This document shows positions 10,983-22,500 of a stretch of 64,000 nucleotides of DNA, piece after piece. This DNA comes from an uncultured bacterium (GTDB taxonomy: Bacteria > Acidobacteriota > HRBIN11 > JAKEFK01): assembly GCA_963777505.1 (NCBI GenBank), contig CAVZQN010000003.1:320001-384000 (forward strand), read 5' to 3'. The notes below the pieces were generated by a model. It was not told the origin of the DNA. It worked only from the letters and a program-made list of their open reading frames with translations, and did no database searches. The translations under genes and the position numbers were made by a program. The first letter of the stretch is position 1. Each line of letters begins with the position of its first letter.

Positions 10983-12202
10983 TGCGCTTCCTTATTCTGA
11001 CTCAGTATTTCGAACCTGAGATTGGCGCGCCTCAAGTGCGATTCAGATCATTCATCTCCAACTTAGTAAAGCTAGGTCATCAGGTTGAAGTAGTTACAGC
11101 GCTTCCAAATTATCCAACCGGAAAGATATTTCCCGGATACACCGGCAAGTTCTACAAGTATGAAATGGGTAACGATGGTGTACCTGTTCACCGGGTTTGG
11201 ATCTATGCAGCATTAGGAGGTGGTGCAGGTCGAATGCTGAACTATTTGAGCTTTGCGTTCTTCAGCCTTTACTGCATTTTCAAAGTGAAACGCCCAGACT
11301 ACGTTTTTGTCGAGTCTCCACCTTTATCGCTCGGAGTGGTGGGTTGGCTATATGCGAAGATTTTTCGCTGCAAAGTTATCTTTAACGTTGCTGATCTTTG
11401 GCCGGATTCGGTAAAGGAACTCGGCATTATACAAAATGGAACCGTACTGAAAATGGCTTATTGGCTTGAAGACTTTATCTATCGTCATTCAAACTACGTC
11501 AACTCCGTGACAATTCAGACAACTCGTACTTTGAATGAAAAGAAAAACGTTCCCATGAATAAACTAAAATTCTTGCCCAATGGAGTTGATACCGAAATTT
11601 TTTTTCCTGCTGAAAGTAGTGAAAGTGTTCGTACCGAACTCGGTTGGGAAGGCAAATTCGTAATTATCTATGCAGGCACGGTTGGCATTGCTCAAGGTTT
11701 ACTCACAGTCATTAAAGCAGCAGATCGACTCAAGCGGATGCCTGAATTCAACAATGTTCTCCTTTGCATTGTCGGAGGTGGGTCAGAAAAGAATTTGCTA
11801 TTAAAAGAAGTCGAGCAAAATGGATATCAAGGAGTGCGTTTTATTGATCCTATGCCACCAAAACAGCTGGTTCAACTGCTGCGGAACGCTGATTGCGGTT
11901 ATGTAGGCCTGATCGACAAAGAACTTTTTCTGGAAGTAAGGCCTTCTAAAATGTTTCCAAAAATTGCGTGTGGACTGCCGCTTGTTTTTGCGGGCCGCGG
12001 TGAAGCAGCTTCCATTGTCCATGAACTTGATGCCGGGATTGTCGTGCCGCCAGAAGACACGCACGCACTGGAATCCGCGCTGATGGATATGTACCTAAAG
12101 TTGCCGGAGTATCGAGCTCGACTTAAAAAAGCACAAGAAATTATTCAGACACGTTACTCATGGGAGCACAATACAAAGGAATGGTTAGCCAGCCTTGACT
12201 GA
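10982..12202 (+). CDS. Glycosyltransferase family 4 (WbuB-like)
   Basis: QYFEPEIGA, PNYPTG, ESPPL, DLWP, YAGTVG and PSK motifs. Confidence 0.9.
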   Translation: MRFLILTQYFEPEIGAPQVRFRSFISNLVKLGHQVEVVTALPNYPTGKIFPGYTGKFYKYEMGNDGVPVHRVWIYAALGGGAGRMLNYLSFAFFSLYCIFKVKRPDYVFVESPPLSLGVVGWLYAKIFRCKVIFNVADLWPDSVKELGIIQNGTVLKMAYWLEDFIYRHSNYVNSVTIQTTRTLNEKKNVPMNKLKFLPNGVDTEIFFPAESSESVRTELGWEGKFVIIYAGTVGIAQGLLTVIKAADRLKRMPEFNNVLLCIVGGGSEKNLLLKEVEQNGYQGVRFIDPMPPKQLVQLLRNADCGYVGLIDKELFLEVRPSKMFPKIACGLPLVFAGRGEAASIVHELDAGIVVPPEDTHALESALMDMYLKLPEYRARLKKAQEIIQTRYSWEHNTKEWLASLD

Positions 12203-13682
12203 TCAATCATTGTTTCTAAAAAGATCTATTGTCAAACGCTTTCTTTTCTTTTCAATTTTGAGTCTTTTAGTTTCTTCAGTTTTCGATTGCTTTGGGGAAG
12301 GCAAGTCTGATGCCTTTCCATGGTTTCAGGCGTTCACTCCACAGAGGACGTTTTATGTAAGTCCTTCGAAGGACGGTGATGGTAAATCCCCTGAGACCGC
12401 CATGAGTTTCAAAAAGGCATTAACCAGTGGAAAACCTGGAGATTTATTTTGGGTGATGGAAGGAAGATATACCGGAGCATTTAGTGCTACTCAAGCTGGG
12501 ACGGAGAAAGATCCTATTGTTTTTCGCGCAGAAAAAGGCCGGCATGTAATTATTGAAGGGGGAGTCAGGTTGGAAGCACCCTATAACTGGATTTGGGGTT
12601 TCGAGATTACTGACCCTAAGGGAATTAAGCCTGTCGGTGGTGGGATTGAATTGCTTGCACCAGGAAACCGCGCGATTAATAACGTCATCCATGATCATCT
12701 TGGCAAAATTGGTATCGGTGCATGGCAACAAGGCAAAGGCCATGTAATTTATGGAAATATCATTTACAGTCAACTGCCGAAGTCTAACAATCCTCACAAT
12801 CTTTACGCCCAAAATGATTTTGAAAGCTGGGGATATAAATATTTTGTGAACAATATTCTTGCCGATTCTGAGGAAGCTACCGATAAGACTTTTAATGTTC
12901 ATTGTTATACGCAGGGCGGACTTCTAACGGGTTTGTGGTTTGAGAAAAACATAATACGAAATGGGAAGTTTCTAATTGGAGGATTTAACGCGCCCGCTGA
13001 ACATGATGTCGTTAAAGAAAATTATTTTTATAAATCAACTATACAATTCGGGTTTAGACGTCCGACTCAGGTTCAATTTCAGAATAATTATGTCGCCCGC
13101 ACACCTCTCGTAACAGAATGGTTTTGGGGTGCAGGTGAAACTCAATTCAAACAGACCACTCCAAGCGTTTACACCGGTAATGAATTTGTAAATCCGCCTG
13201 GACCGCACATACGATTTTCAACATCTGCATATTTGCCTTCAGGCAGGTGTGAAGGATGCCCAAGAATTCGGCCTGATGACATTTTCGATGAAAACAAATA
13301 TTCAGCTCCATTCCAGGCCACATTCTATGCGGATTCCAGGAACGCGGGAATTGTTGATCTCGAAAAATGGAGACGGCTTACGGCTCATGCCGGAAAAGGT
13401 TTTGATGCAAATTCTGAACAAGTTGCGTCTCCAAAGGGAGTGAAGACTGTTATCTTAAAGAATGAGTACGATCCCCTTCGAGCTCATGTGGCTGTATACA
13501 ATTGGTCGGAAGAATCAACGGTTCGTCTGGATCTAGGAGCTTATCTGCCTATGGGGACAAAGTTTGCGATCCATGATGTAAAGCAAATATTTCAAGCTCC
13601 GGTCCTTGCAGGTACATATTCCGGTCCGATCGAAATCCCCGCAGATGGCGAATTTCGTGTCTTTGTAGTAACTCGCCAGTAA
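12195..13682 (+). CDS. Secreted right-handed beta-helix (pectin lyase-like) protein
   Basis: Signal-like N-terminus; FYVSP..GDG...P, PGD, GRY, GTEKDPIVFRA; repeated INNVIHD / IYGNIIY / FVNNIL rungs. Confidence 0.7.
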   Translation: MTDQSLFLKRSIVKRFLFFSILSLLVSSVFDCFGEGKSDAFPWFQAFTPQRTFYVSPSKDGDGKSPETAMSFKKALTSGKPGDLFWVMEGRYTGAFSATQAGTEKDPIVFRAEKGRHVIIEGGVRLEAPYNWIWGFEITDPKGIKPVGGGIELLAPGNRAINNVIHDHLGKIGIGAWQQGKGHVIYGNIIYSQLPKSNNPHNLYAQNDFESWGYKYFVNNILADSEEATDKTFNVHCYTQGGLLTGLWFEKNIIRNGKFLIGGFNAPAEHDVVKENYFYKSTIQFGFRRPTQVQFQNNYVARTPLVTEWFWGAGETQFKQTTPSVYTGNEFVNPPGPHIRFSTSAYLPSGRCEGCPRIRPDDIFDENKYSAPFQATFYADSRNAGIVDLEKWRRLTAHAGKGFDANSEQVASPKGVKTVILKNEYDPLRAHVAVYNWSEESTVRLDLGAYLPMGTKFAIHDVKQIFQAPVLAGTYSGPIEIPADGEFRVFVVTRQ

Positions 13683-13687
13683 AAAAA

Positions 13688-14974
13688 TCAAAAAGCTAGC
13701 TGTACTCCTGCGCCAATAATATTCCTTTCTTTGTCGCTGTTTGGAGCGTTAGAATCCCGATTCAGTCTGGTTCCTGAAATAAAAATCTGCCAGATCCTTG
13801 CAACTCTAAATCGTACTGAAAGCATCGAATCGATTGCACTGTCGTCAATTTCACCGGGAACAAGCTCTCCGGTTGGTGTGAGAACCAAACTTGGTTCCAC
13901 GTACGAGTTTTTTTCAAAGGCTACCAAAGCGAAAAGAGAGACGTCTCTTGTAATATAAAATTCAACATTCGGCGCAATACGACTTTCTATGAAAAACCAG
14001 TTATTCTCGACGATTGATGGGGGAGTGCTACGCGAATATGCAAGTCCCAAAACTGTTCGCTCTCCAACTCTAAAATTTACTGAACCCAAACCAACAAGAC
14101 CACTGAACTCTGGTTCTCCTTCAACTTCAGGAACCATATTTTTGTAGCCTAAAATTACTTGTCCAGTGATGTTTCCTTTGGCCGCAAAGGAAAACCCGCC
14201 TTCTACGCCGACAATATCGGCATCCGGTTGAAGCGAAAAATCTGCGAAGTCCCACTTTTCATAGTAAGTGTTGAAAAGGAAAGTTGTGAATTCTGAAACA
14301 TGCCGGCGGAATCCGCCAATAACTCGGAATGTGTCCTCATCATAAAACTGGGAAAGGGGCGTGTCAGTGGGATTTACTATTTCGTTCGCAATATCAGTCG
14401 AAGTACTTTGTACTCCGATGACAGCTTCTGATTTACGTCCTATGCCAACCATCAAAGAAGAATCAAAATTGTTAGTGCGCTGGTCGGTTGGAAAATCAAA
14501 CTCTTGCGATGGCCTGGTTCGTCTGAATAGGTAGGTATCGCCGATCGTAAATAGAACCCGATTACCACCAATCGTAAATCGTGCGCCTACAGTATTGAAA
14601 ACACCCCGCAGATCCTCTGTATCTCTGTAATAAATAAAATTAACTTCATCTTCAATTTGAAGTAACGCTCTCTCATGAAAAGGTAAATATGCAACGACGC
14701 CAGGATCTGCTTGAATCGTGAGGTCATCGACTACATCAGTTGAAAGCAAGAGACTGTTTGAATCGTAGGCGCTAAAGACGTTGAGCTTAGGCTCAATCCA
14801 AAATGCACCGGCTTGAAATAGGCTTTTTGCAATCGCCTCCTCAATGGTGTTCCCCATAAGTCCTTTCGGCAGCTCTTCTTCCTCAACATTTCCAACCACC
14901 TCTTGAGCAGACACTTCGACAGCCAAAAGCAGCGATAAAACTAGACACAAGAGTAACTTTGACCTAATCCCCAT
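13688..14974 (-). CDS. Outer-membrane beta-barrel protein, probable exopolysaccharide export porin
   Basis: Signal peptide after an SD, YDSN motif near the N-terminus, amphipathic beta strands, C-terminal QLAF; divergent from the OPX gene. Confidence 0.72.
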   Translation of the reverse strand: MGIRSKLLLCLVLSLLLAVEVSAQEVVGNVEEEELPKGLMGNTIEEAIAKSLFQAGAFWIEPKLNVFSAYDSNSLLLSTDVVDDLTIQADPGVVAYLPFHERALLQIEDEVNFIYYRDTEDLRGVFNTVGARFTIGGNRVLFTIGDTYLFRRTRPSQEFDFPTDQRTNNFDSSLMVGIGRKSEAVIGVQSTSTDIANEIVNPTDTPLSQFYDEDTFRVIGGFRRHVSEFTTFLFNTYYEKWDFADFSLQPDADIVGVEGGFSFAAKGNITGQVILGYKNMVPEVEGEPEFSGLVGLGSVNFRVGERTVLGLAYSRSTPPSIVENNWFFIESRIAPNVEFYITRDVSLFALVAFEKNSYVEPSLVLTPTGELVPGEIDDSAIDSMLSVRFRVARIWQIFISGTRLNRDSNAPNSDKERNIIGAGVQLAF

Positions 14975-15105
14975 GGATCTTCCCCCTTTACACGGTTCAA
15001 TCATTTTACAACATTAAGAGCATCCTAAACCTATATTTTCTAATGTTTTGACAGTCTAAACACATAAATCTATAATCAAAGTCCGCTAAACGGCATATTA
15101 TTCGC

Positions 15106-16650
15106 ATGATGTTCATTTTTCGTCTTGTCTTTGTCCTCTTATTTATTCCCATTTTGGCTTCAGCACAAGAGGAAGCCCTGCCTTTGGCATCTCCAGGATT
15201 ATTTAAGAAAACCTCAAGTACTGGTAATCCTGCCAAGTTTGTGAATTCGCTGCAGCTTATCGAAACGCCTACAGGCGCTGACATCGATCTTTCTGGTGAC
15301 GGCTTTCTGGAGTATGCATATTACAGCCTGGTACAACCGGCGCGCTTAATTCTCGATATAAGAAATGTGCAGAGCCAATTGAACTGTAATCCTGTGGAGA
15401 ATCAATATATCGCAGCTATCCGGTGTTTCGATCTATGGCGTTCTGGTGAAATAGAAAACGCTGTTCGCATTGTTCTTGAATTCAAAGCTCACATGAGATT
15501 CATGGCAAATTCGCGTGCGAATGGTCTGACGTTGCAGTTTACGGCCGTGCAACCATCAGCACCCGCGACTCAACCAGTCCAAACCGAACGTTCGCCGAAT
15601 ATGAGTAGTAATAATCAGACGCCACCTCAGCAAAATCCACCATCCGAGTCGAATGCGAATTTGCAGCAAAAAAAGAATGAGGAACCTGCTCCAACATCTG
15701 AACAACCGAAGCCTCCTCCAAATATTCAAGAACCTCCAGCTCAAAAGGAACCGATAAAGAATGAAACACCTCCTTCTGCGCCGCCTTCTACTGATGCGCG
15801 TAAAGGTGTAGTTCTTTTGCCAGCGGGCAAAGTCGATCTTGAACCAGCAGCCGCTGATCCAGCTTTGTTCTTTACTGTCCCTTCAAATTCTACAGATTAC
15901 GTACTGGGGCCTGAAGATGTAATCGACCTCAAAGTGCAGCAGTTGGAGGAATTGAATGTGACTGTGCGAATTGCTGGTGATGGCGCAATCACTCTTCCGT
16001 TTCTTGGATCCGTTTCCGTTGCCGGTCTTACTGCTGTCGAAGTTGCCCAAAAAATTGCAAAGCAATTGGGTGAGCAATTTTTGCAGAATCCTCAAGTCAG
16101 TGTCTTTGCAAAAGAATTTAACTCTCAAAAAGTTTCTGTTATCGGAGCTGTTTCAACTCCGGGAACATATCCTCTTACGGGACCCCGAACGATCATTCAA
16201 ATGCTTGCACAGTCCGGTGGCATGAGACCCGATGCAGGATCAAACATTCTAATTTTTCGACAAGATGCAAAGGGTATAAGCACAAGGTTATCGATCCAGC
16301 GTGAGGATTTGCTCGTAAAGGGAGACCCCGCATGGAACATCTGGCTTCGTGCAGGCGATGTCGTTAACATTCCGCCTTTAATTCAAATCAGCGTTTCCCT
16401 TTTTGGAGCTGTTGGTACACCTGGTGTATATACATTGGCCGAAGGAAGTGAATCAACCTTGTTAAAAGCGATTGCCAAAGCTGGCGGATTGCAGCGTGCT
16501 TCAAAAAGTGGAGTAAAGATAAAAAGGAAAGGGGCGGACGGAAAAGAAGAAATTATTACAATCAATTTAGGGGATATTCTTTCCGGTAAGAAACCGGATA
16601 TTACTCTTGAAGATGGGGATTTGATCATCATTAACGAAAGCTTTTTCTAA
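15106..16650 (+). CDS. Polysaccharide export OPX/Wza-family protein with an N-terminal AMIN-like domain, a Pro-rich linker and SLBB domains
   Basis: PARLILDI (AMIN-like); YVLGPEDVI..DGAITLPFLG (Poly_export); two GAV.TPG.Y SLBB repeats. Confidence 0.88.
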   Translation: MMFIFRLVFVLLFIPILASAQEEALPLASPGLFKKTSSTGNPAKFVNSLQLIETPTGADIDLSGDGFLEYAYYSLVQPARLILDIRNVQSQLNCNPVENQYIAAIRCFDLWRSGEIENAVRIVLEFKAHMRFMANSRANGLTLQFTAVQPSAPATQPVQTERSPNMSSNNQTPPQQNPPSESNANLQQKKNEEPAPTSEQPKPPPNIQEPPAQKEPIKNETPPSAPPSTDARKGVVLLPAGKVDLEPAAADPALFFTVPSNSTDYVLGPEDVIDLKVQQLEELNVTVRIAGDGAITLPFLGSVSVAGLTAVEVAQKIAKQLGEQFLQNPQVSVFAKEFNSQKVSVIGAVSTPGTYPLTGPRTIIQMLAQSGGMRPDAGSNILIFRQDAKGISTRLSIQREDLLVKGDPAWNIWLRAGDVVNIPPLIQISVSLFGAVGTPGVYTLAEGSESTLLKAIAKAGGLQRASKSGVKIKRKGADGKEEIITINLGDILSGKKPDITLEDGDLIIINESFF

Positions 16651-16736
16651 TCGCGTACAATCTCCTACACAGCCGCAAGATAAAACAATTCGATGTTGCC
16701 TCTTGTGCGCCTTCGTTAAGTCAAAAGGTGAAATAG

Positions 16737-18878
16737 ATGCAAAAAGAGCGTATCGGTACATTGCTGCAGCAACTCAACCCCCCGCAGAGGGAAGCAGTTT
16801 CTACTGTGGATGGGCCGGTAGTTGTTGTTGCAGGGGCTGGTTCCGGTAAGACCCGCGTCATTACGTATCGAATACCCTACCTGTTATTGAGCGGTGCTGC
16901 GACTTCGAAAAATATCCTCGCACTTACATTTACAAATAAAGCGGCAAACGAGATGAAGGCAAGAACACAAGTGCTCGCTGGATCTGAATTTCAGCCGCCC
17001 TTAATTTCCACTTTTCATTCTTTCGGCGCAATCCTACTTCGCAAACACATTAACGTACTGGGTTTTTCTCGTGACTTCATGGTCTTTGATGAAGAGGATC
17101 AGTTAAATGTCGTTAAAGAGACTTGCAAGCAATTAAATTTGAATGAACAACGGTATGAGCCGCGTGAAGTTCAATATTCCATCAAATGGCACAAGTCGCG
17201 GATGGAGCCGCCTCCCATTTACGATTTGAATATGCAAAGCATCATACAAAAATACGAACAGAATCTACGACAATCAAACGGAGTGGATTTCGATGACCTT
17301 CTGCATTTGCCTCTTAGGATTTTGAACAATTTTCCAGAGATTCGTGAATCGTATCAGCAAATATTCAAGTATGTGATGGTTGATGAATATCAAGATACGA
17401 ATGAAATCCAGTATGAAATTCTAAAAATGCTTACTGGCCAACGAGCAAATGTTCTTGTCGTTGGAGATGAGGATCAATCCATCTATCGTTTTCGCGGTGC
17501 AAGGCCGGAAAATATTCAGCATTTTTTAAAAGATTATCCGCGGGCTCGCATTATCAAGCTCGAACAAAACTATCGTTCTACAAAAACAATTCTAAAAGCT
17601 GCACAGGCAGTTATTTCCATCAACCGTTCCCGCATTAAGAAAGAGCTGTGGACAGAGAACAATCCCGGAGAACCAATTGAGGTTTATCACGCTTTTGATG
17701 AATATGATGAGGCCGCCTACGTTACGTTGCGTGTGATGGCTGAACTCAAAGGAAAGAGTGCATCGCAAATTGCAGTTTTGTACAGGGCGAATGCTCAGTC
17801 CCGCGCCGTGGAAGAATCATTCGTAAAAGCACAAATTCCGCATCGTATCGTAGGTGCGGTTGGGTTTTATGAGCGCCGGGAAATTCGAGATATGATTGCG
17901 TTCTCACGTTTACTTGTGAATCATGCCGATTCAACAAGTCTCCTGCGCATCATTAATGTGCCGCCACGCGGTGTAGGCAAAAAAATGTTGGAACAAATAC
18001 AGCTCGCATCAACACAATCTGGAATTTCACTTTTCGAAGCTGCACAAAATTTGGGTGGCTCCGCGGTTCAGGATTTTTTAAGGAATTATGAGCCTTCATT
18101 AGATTCAAAATCTCCGTCCGAGTTTTTACAGATGTTGCTTGAGAGGATCGGATACGCGGATTATCTGCGAAAGGACGAACCTGTAACGGTCGATGATCGT
18201 CTGGAAAATATTGCTGAATTTCTGGCATACCTTCGCGATAACGAAATACAGGAAGGTTTTGATCTCATTGAATTCATCGGAAATTTGCCACTACAATCCC
18301 GCGCTGAAAAGTCCGATGATGCTGTTACTTTATTGACCGTTCATAGCGCAAAGGGTCTTGAATTTGATGTGTTGTTTGTCATTGGGATGGAGGAAGGTTT
18401 ATTCCCTCACGTGAAATCCTTGGAATCTTCAGAAGACGTTGAAGAAGAACGACGCCTTTTTTATGTTGCTATGACGCGCGCACGCTCCAAACTCTTATTA
18501 AGCTGGGCCCAACGAAGAGGCATGTTTGGCACAGGCATGTCGAATCGTCCTTCGCGATTCCTCGAAGAAGTTCCATCATGGTTTAAAGTTCATAAATATT
18601 CGGAACGATTTCAAACCTCCATTGAACGTCCTGAGCCAGCCGTCTCGCGAAGAACTTCGAAATCAAGCACGTCCTCCACTGTCTCAAAACCACAAAAACC
18701 ATCCGATCCTTCAGCGCCATATAAACCAGGATCTACTATTAGTCATGAAAAATTAGGCCGTGGGACTGTACTCAGCGTTGAAGGTGCGCCAAACGATTGG
18801 AAATTGACTATCCGATTTCAGGATGGTGTCAAAACAATCATGAGCCGTTACGCAAAACTGACAATCGAGAGTCTGTAG
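16737..18878 (+). CDS. pcrA: UvrD/PcrA ATP-dependent DNA helicase
   Basis: AGAGSGKT, TFTNKAA, DEYQD, GDEDQSIYRFRGA, QNYRS, HSAKGLEF, EERRLFYVAMTRA, and a C-terminal Tudor-like domain. Confidence 0.95.
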   Translation: MQKERIGTLLQQLNPPQREAVSTVDGPVVVVAGAGSGKTRVITYRIPYLLLSGAATSKNILALTFTNKAANEMKARTQVLAGSEFQPPLISTFHSFGAILLRKHINVLGFSRDFMVFDEEDQLNVVKETCKQLNLNEQRYEPREVQYSIKWHKSRMEPPPIYDLNMQSIIQKYEQNLRQSNGVDFDDLLHLPLRILNNFPEIRESYQQIFKYVMVDEYQDTNEIQYEILKMLTGQRANVLVVGDEDQSIYRFRGARPENIQHFLKDYPRARIIKLEQNYRSTKTILKAAQAVISINRSRIKKELWTENNPGEPIEVYHAFDEYDEAAYVTLRVMAELKGKSASQIAVLYRANAQSRAVEESFVKAQIPHRIVGAVGFYERREIRDMIAFSRLLVNHADSTSLLRIINVPPRGVGKKMLEQIQLASTQSGISLFEAAQNLGGSAVQDFLRNYEPSLDSKSPSEFLQMLLERIGYADYLRKDEPVTVDDRLENIAEFLAYLRDNEIQEGFDLIEFIGNLPLQSRAEKSDDAVTLLTVHSAKGLEFDVLFVIGMEEGLFPHVKSLESSEDVEEERRLFYVAMTRARSKLLLSWAQRRGMFGTGMSNRPSRFLEEVPSWFKVHKYSERFQTSIERPEPAVSRRTSKSSTSSTVSKPQKPSDPSAPYKPGSTISHEKLGRGTVLSVEGAPNDWKLTIRFQDGVKTIMSRYAKLTIESL

Positions 18879-19466
18879 CTATTCATTCTTGCGTTTTTTC
18901 GATAAATTGAGCCTCATGATTGGCCGGGTTTTAGATCTGCGAGCGACTTCGCGAAAGCCCGCTTTTTTGAACGCTGAAGCTAAGCCTGTAAAGGCAAAGA
19001 CTTCAGGAAATGTTCCGGTAGGAGGTTCAACAGGATAACCTTCTAGAATCTGTGCTCCATTTTCTTTCGCATATTTTGCTGCATTCTCAAGCAATTTTAT
19101 AGTTAATCCCTGTCGGCGATATTTCTTGGCAACAAAAAAACAAACGATTGACCATACACGATTGTTGTCTACGGGACTTAAGATTCTTGAACGGTTCAGA
19201 ACAGAATAACTTTCGCGTGGAGCAAAGGAGCACCAACCAACAGGAGTGTTCGCGTCATAAGCCAGGATGCCGGGTGAAGATTTGGAATGCACGATTGTTT
19301 TCATCGCGCGGCGGTTTGCAGCTCCCTTCTTTCTTTCATATTCAGCGCGAGGAATCCGCCAGTACATACACCAGCATCCCCCACACGCCCCACGGTCTCC
19401 AAACAAGGACTCCATATCCTTCCAGCGTGCCGCCGTAACAGGATGAAACTTGAATGTTTCTGGCAT
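18879..19466 (-). CDS. GNAT-family acetyltransferase
   Basis: GACGGCWC, VGWC, CFFV...RRQG, EGYP and FKKAGF motifs; likely start MPETFK. Confidence 0.85.
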   Translation of the reverse strand: MPETFKFHPVTAARWKDMESLFGDRGACGGCWCMYWRIPRAEYERKKGAANRRAMKTIVHSKSSPGILAYDANTPVGWCSFAPRESYSVLNRSRILSPVDNNRVWSIVCFFVAKKYRRQGLTIKLLENAAKYAKENGAQILEGYPVEPPTGTFPEVFAFTGLASAFKKAGFREVARRSKTRPIMRLNLSKKRKNE

Positions 19467-19597
19467 AGCCGTCCATTTTAGCTCATGGAAGCCTAATCGT
19501 ATTGGAGTTAATTGCTCTGATTTACATCTCCCCTGAACACTAATACAATAGAAACAGTTGTCCTTAATCTGGTTTGTGTCGTAGCTCTGAGCGTACG

Positions 19598-22500
19598 ATG
19601 CCCAAACGCTATTTATCACCTCTCTCTTTCGAAAAAACGCGGCTTCTAATCAGAAGCCGGAATGCCGAACTTTGGGAAGGTCGTATTGATGGACGACTTC
19701 ATGCATTAAAACGGATTATCTCTGGGCGTCCCGGAGCATGGAATGACTACACGATCCTGAGCCAAATCCGTCATTCACTTTTGATCCAGCCTGGATATGC
19801 CGGCGTTGTTCGAGGCGATTTATCATTTCTAATGCCTCTTGAATTTCAACCCGAACCGCTTCCTGCGGATTGGAATTTTCCAGCATTTTGTGCACAGCTC
19901 ATATCATTAGCCAACCTCTTGCATCACCGGGGATTGGTATTCCGTTGTGATCCCCAATTCCTTCTTTACGATTCCCAGACACCTCGTTTTCATTTCGCTG
20001 GTATTAGTAATTTACGTGTGAGCACGGATTGGGAAATTGAAGAGCACTCACGACAATTACTCGAGACCTTGCGAAATTGGCCCGCAATACCAGATGGATC
20101 CAAGCAAAGAGTTATTAAGATCTTAAAAAGCTGGGAGCGTCGAAAACAAATTCATCTTGGAGAGTGTCTTAAAGATTTCCTCTTAGAATTTTCGATTTCT
20201 CCGGAATTATTGATGTGCGGCTCCGAAAGTCTTAGACGACGAGAAGTTGAACTTGTTACCGGTTTGTTTCAATTGGCTTTGCGATCCTGCGGCAGGGCCA
20301 TTTTGTTTCAGGCTGATCCAGGCGAAGGAAAGTCAACATTACTCAGGCAAATTTTTCGTGAACTTGCGGGAAGAAATGCTCACATTACATTTTGTTCTGC
20401 ATTCCGTGATGATCGACCGAATCACTTAATCAAGCAACTCCTCGATCGATTTTTTGAAAACACAGAATCCTATTCGCGTTGCAAATCGGAGCTGGCAGCT
20501 GCAAAATGGTCGCACTTCCTTCATGGTTCTGGGAGCGTTTCTGAAGAGCGGATTGTATCTCTTTTTCTTCAAGTTCTTGATTCTCTAAACTCCTCCCAAT
20601 CTCAATGCTTCGTCTTTCTTGTGGATGATTTGGATCAAGCAGATCCACAATCACTCGCACTGCTTTCCAGGATCTTGCGGCATATCGCTTCTTATCAAGT
20701 TCTTTTTGTCTTTACTTCTTCAATGCGCTTCCATGAATTTTCTGAGGTTACAATCGGTCTGCCTCTTGAGACTTTGACTCTTCATGAACTTTCCTCGGCA
20801 TTTAGTGTTCCAATGTGGAAGAAGGAACAAAAACAAATCCTGCTTGAAGAGATCTATACAAGTACTTCGGGAAACCCACTTCTTTTCCAGGAATATCTTA
20901 AAGAAGTTTTTCACAATGAGGGTGCTTCCTTAAAATGGGAAGACACAGGTTGGACAATTCCAAAGAAACAACTTCCGGCTTTTCCTGGAAAGTTATCCGG
21001 CTTTTATTTGAACAAGATTGCAGAGCTGAACAACGATGAGCGTCGATTTCTGGAATGCGCTTCCGTTCAAGGTGCATCGTTTAATCCAGCCTTTGTTGAA
21101 ATTATCGGTGAATTAAGTGCCGATGTTATTCCTTCTTTGCAAGAGAAAGGCGTCATCATTCAGGCTGATGGTTATTTTCAATTCAGCAAACCACTTCTTG
21201 CAGATTTTATATACAGGCAGACCGATCCTGAACGTCTCCGGGGATTTCATAAAAAAATTGCACGCTCCTTGTTGAAGGATTCTGACGCAGAAATAGACCC
21301 AAGAATTTCACAACACCTTCTTAAGGGCGGAGAATTCGGCCTTGCTCTGGAACATGCGTGCAAAGCGATTGATGAGAACCGGCCAGGCACGATGCAATTT
21401 GTTCTTCCAGTATTAGAAGAATTGGAACAGCAAGATTCAGAACTGAATACTCAAAAAAAGTTTGAACTCTACAGCCGGAAGGGTGATTTGTTGTTCAGGA
21501 AAGGTAATTACCCGACTGCCGCTGAATCGTATAGAAAAGCACTCACTCAATGTGACACAGATCAAAATGCCCGGTTTGATTTGTCTGTTCGAATTGCAAA
21601 ATGTCACCTTTTGAATAACGACATTCTGCTGTCTTTGAAAATGATCAAGAGCATTGCTCCGGAAGCGGCTCGCATTCAGGATCCGCGGCTGCTCTTGCCT
21701 TATTACTTTACGAGCGGCGTTTGCGCATGGCATCGCGGCAGCCGTGAAGATGAAGATTTTGACAGAGCTCTAAAGATTGCAGAAGAAGTACAGGATTATG
21801 AAGCGCTCTCTTCCGGTTACAGGCAACGCGCTGAACTGGCACTTCGTGATGGAAACTTTGCTGAAGCGCAACGGCATGCACAGAAGGTTTTACGGTATTC
21901 AAGCAAAATGGGGAACGATACTGAAACTGGTTTGGCACTGCGCATTTTGGGCTCGGCTGCATTTCATCGTTCTATGTACGAAAAAGCGGAACGAACCTAC
22001 AAACGAAGTATCCGTTATCTGCGGCGTGCTGAAAGTATGGACGGGATCGCCAGAGTTTGGAATCAACTTGGAAACCTATACCTTGAAATGTATCGCTTTG
22101 GTGAAGCAATCAAAGCTTTCAGGACCGCAGCAGGTTTGTTTAGCCAGCTTGATCATCCTTTGGAAGTAGGTCTTGCTCATTTCAATATGGGTTTGATTTT
22201 TATTGAACAAGGGAAATTAAAAGAAGCGGAGAAAATTTATTTACGCTGCCGTGCAATCGATAAGAAAGCCGGAAACAGACTCTATTTTGCGTACGATATT
22301 CGAGCACTCGCAGTCATCGCTTTCCAACGCGGCTTTTTTAGAAAAGCTGACAGGCTTTTGAAACGAACGATAGAAATTTGTGAAGAGCTTCACGCAGAAG
22401 CTGATGTCTTGCAGACAAAAATGATTTTGCTTTACAGTCTGTTAGAACAAAAAAAACACCGTGAATGTAAGCCACTTGTGGAATATGTAAGTGACAAGCT

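Noticed and set aside
15091-15106. CGGCATATTATTCGCA, a GG-N10-GC match before the OPX gene
   Set aside because: It abuts the ATG, so the transcript would start inside the coding sequence.
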